This document shows positions 33,734-35,466 of a stretch of 35,466 nt of DNA, piece by piece. The DNA is from a virus (taxonomy: Duplodnaviria; Caudoviricetes): positions 1 to 35,466 of the IMG/VR virus record IMGVR_UViG_3300044724_007630, one strand, 5' to 3'. The notes under the pieces were generated by a model, which had not been told where the DNA came from, did no database searches, and saw only the letters and a program-made list of their open reading frames with translations. The stretch's first letter is position 1. Each line of letters opens with the position of its first letter. Made by a program: the position numbers and the translations under genes.

Positions 33734-34230
33734 TATTGCGCTATACACTCCGCAGTTACTGTTGCTGAGTAGTTACCTGCAGGAAACGCTTTGTTATATC
33801 CATATGCAGCAGTTGAAGTTACATCAAACCATACACTACCTGCGATAGATAAATCAAACTCTACAGTATTATTGTAAGAGATTTTTCCTGATTCAAAAGC
33901 AGACATACTTGCATCAGAGCTTTCACCTACTACAACTGCACCAGTCCAAGTCACATTATCATCAAGCGTAGGGCTTTGAGAAAATTGATTAGGATAAGTA
34001 ACAGTAGCATGGTATGCATTTGCTGTTACAATATCATAGCGAATTCGTGGTTTAACACCACCATCAGTAGGATTTGTACTGAGAGTGTATGCATTAGGGT
34101 TTCCGTAAACGCCATCCGTGTCTGTAGTAATTACACACTTAGATTCTACAGTTCCATTAATAGGTACTGTAGCGGCTACTGTTTGGGGTATTAAAATAGC
34201 AGAAGCTAAAATGGCTGCGAATTTATTCAT
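33733..34230 (-). CDS. Exported fimbrial-subunit-like protein (Csu/spore-coat-U-type pattern)
   Basis: Signal peptide; mature N-terminus ATVPINGTVESKCVIT and C-terminus PAGNYSATVTAEC; Ser/Thr/Gly-rich beta composition; 165 aa. Confidence 0.62.
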   Translation of the reverse strand: MNKFAAILASAILIPQTVAATVPINGTVESKCVITTDTDGVYGNPNAYTLSTNPTDGGVKPRIRYDIVTANAYHATVTYPNQFSQSPTLDDNVTWTGAVVVGESSDASMSAFESGKISYNNTVEFDLSIAGSVWFDVTSTAAYGYNKAFPAGNYSATVTAECIAQ

Positions 34231-34269
34231 TTAAAACTCTCTAGTGTCCTTGGACACGCTTGTGATAAT

Positions 34270-35142
34270 TTAATTATCGTATTGCAAGTCTTTCATTTTC
34301 TCATGCAATAGCTGCTGCGCAAAAATCGCTCTTCGAGCTTTTCTATTATCAGAGATTTCTTTTTGTTCGAATTTAAGAACATCGTTATACTCTCCTCCAT
34401 CTATTGATTCAAGATAGGATTTGGGTATGTAGTTTAACGCAAATAATGCTTGTTCTTGTAGTATCGCAGAATCATTCATCATTTGTGAGTTTAGACCTCC
34501 GAGTAGCTTCTCTAGATCTACTTTAATTTTTTCGTTACGTTTCTTGCGCTCATACTCTTCTTGCTCTTTTTCTCTTTCGAGTTCTGCTTTCTTTTCCATT
34601 TCTGCGCGAATAAACTCATCTTGTAAAGGGTCTTCAAACTCTACTACAGGAATAATGTCTTCTAAATTGTAAGGGACTTGATAGTCGGGACAGCTTGGAT
34701 CGCTTTGAGGATCAAAGCAAGGATCATATTGATAAGTGTAGGTAACAGAAGCGTTTTCTACAGAACCTTCGCCCTGAATTTCGATAGACCCGTCTCCCCA
34801 ACGTTGAAGAGGTATAGCTCCTACTGGAATTACTTTTCGAATACCAGTGCCAGGAAGACCCGACCAATCATCTTCTTCCCTAAAAACATAGCCATCTCCA
34901 AGTGCATCTTCATTTTGCACATAGACGACCATATCATCTTGAACTTCTTTTACGGCATCATATCTATAAATTACATTACTAACTGTAAGACCTGCCTGCT
35001 GTGGCAGTATATTTTGCATAACCCAGTTATAACTTGAACTGGCTGCATTCTGAGTTGTACCGAATACTTGCTCAGAGTAAGAGGAGGACGAGTAAGCTAG
35101 CAACGCTACCAATACCCCACAATGTCTTTTTAGTAGTTTCAT
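34270..35142 (-). CDS. Exported protein: beta domain, DPC...PSCP hinge, acidic helical C-terminus
   Basis: Signal-like N-terminus; YQYDPCFDPQSDPSCPDY; Glu/Lys-rich coiled coil. Confidence 0.8.
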   Translation of the reverse strand: MKLLKRHCGVLVALLAYSSSSYSEQVFGTTQNAASSSYNWVMQNILPQQAGLTVSNVIYRYDAVKEVQDDMVVYVQNEDALGDGYVFREEDDWSGLPGTGIRKVIPVGAIPLQRWGDGSIEIQGEGSVENASVTYTYQYDPCFDPQSDPSCPDYQVPYNLEDIIPVVEFEDPLQDEFIRAEMEKKAELEREKEQEEYERKKRNEKIKVDLEKLLGGLNSQMMNDSAILQEQALFALNYIPKSYLESIDGGEYNDVLKFEQKEISDNRKARRAIFAQQLLHEKMKDLQYDN

Positions 35143-35466
35143 TCATTTTACCTTCGTCTTCGTCAGCCACTGGCTGTATTTCGGTATGTGACTCCCACCC
35201 TGCTTTTGCATCTTTTCCGATCAAACCATCATAAGGACAAGGTGTTCCTGCCATCATCATTGCGTCAAATACTCTCTTATCTTGACACATTACAGACACT
35301 GCTGCAACTTTCATTCCCATGTCATACAACGTCTTTGCGTTCTTCAGCTTCTCACAGTTCATGTCTCGCATTGTTGTACCTGCTGAGATACCAAGAATCT
35401 GTGTTTGTACTGCTCCTGCCACGCCCACCGTACATAAGTCTGAATTTGATATATTCATTGTCGGTG
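35072..35466 (-). CDS. Cys-containing envelope protein with C-terminal membrane anchor (5'-partial)
   Basis: Frame stays open to the window edge (..PTMNISNSDLC..). DLC...NCEKLK...GMKVAAV..MCQD...AGTPCP motif; ends in hydrophobic LWGIGSVASLLVLLLL. Confidence 0.8.
   Translation of the reverse strand, partial: PTMNISNSDLCTVGVAGAVQTQILGISAGTTMRDMNCEKLKNAKTLYDMGMKVAAVSVMCQDKRVFDAMMMAGTPCPYDGLIGKDAKAGWESHTEIQPVADEDEGKMNETTKKTLWGIGSVASLLVLLLL

Larger units (their letters stand above)
1..35466 (-). mobile_element. Tailed bacteriophage (siphovirus morphotype) structural/late gene region; T5-like head and tube with lambda-like tail tip
   Basis: Contiguous same-strand terminase, portal, protease-capsid, neck, tube, chaperone, tape measure, tip and fibre genes. 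No sheath gene, no host genes and no integrase in the window, so free phage versus prophage cannot be decided. Confidence 0.97.

Noticed and set aside
239-35037. All plus-strand ORFs in the track (e.g. 17154-17564, 23341-23802, 32291-32749)
   Set aside because: They are antisense shadows of well-supported minus-strand genes, with no recognisable motifs and no plus-strand promoter identified.
8171-35234. Nested alternative-frame minus-strand ORFs (8171-8476, 20430-20624, 25866-26072, 27863-28057, 29202-29507, 35034-35234)
   Set aside because: They lie inside conserved genes and have no motifs or convincing ribosome-binding sites.
1-35466. tRNA, rRNA, CRISPR array, integrase/att site or stop-codon reassignment
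   Set aside because: None seen. Intergenic gaps are short and mostly accounted for by promoters or terminators, and genes are full length under the standard code.

Overview
The whole window is the late (morphogenesis) region of an AT-rich tailed dsDNA phage with a non-contractile tail. It is transcribed entirely on the minus strand and uses the standard genetic code. In transcription order (right to left) it carries five blocks. (1) A cluster of seven exported or membrane-anchored proteins, five with paired cysteines, including a fimbrial-pilin-like and a PapD-chaperone-like ORF (32306-35466). (2) An operon of small genes behind a consensus sigma70 promoter: a 9-Cys metallothionein-like peptide, an acidic peptide, four very basic peptides, an EF-hand membrane protein and a LapG-like cysteine peptidase (30121-32214). 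(3) A T5-like (Demerecviridae-type) packaging, head, neck and tube block: TerL, nicking HNH, portal, decoration-like protein, fused protease-capsid, p144/p143/p142-like proteins, pb6-like tube and G/GT chaperones with a -1 slippery site. (4) A tape measure protein that is T5-pb2-like at its N-terminus and lambda-H-like at its C-terminus, followed by a lambda-type M-L-K-I-J tail tip. (5) A T5-p132-like collar followed by a chain of side-fibre proteins that runs off the window. Four sigma70 promoters sharing an extended upstream motif and two intrinsic terminators punctuate the region. Four short genes and one edge-truncated fibre gene are missing from the supplied ORF track. Family assignments come from motifs and synteny recognised by eye, not from database searches.
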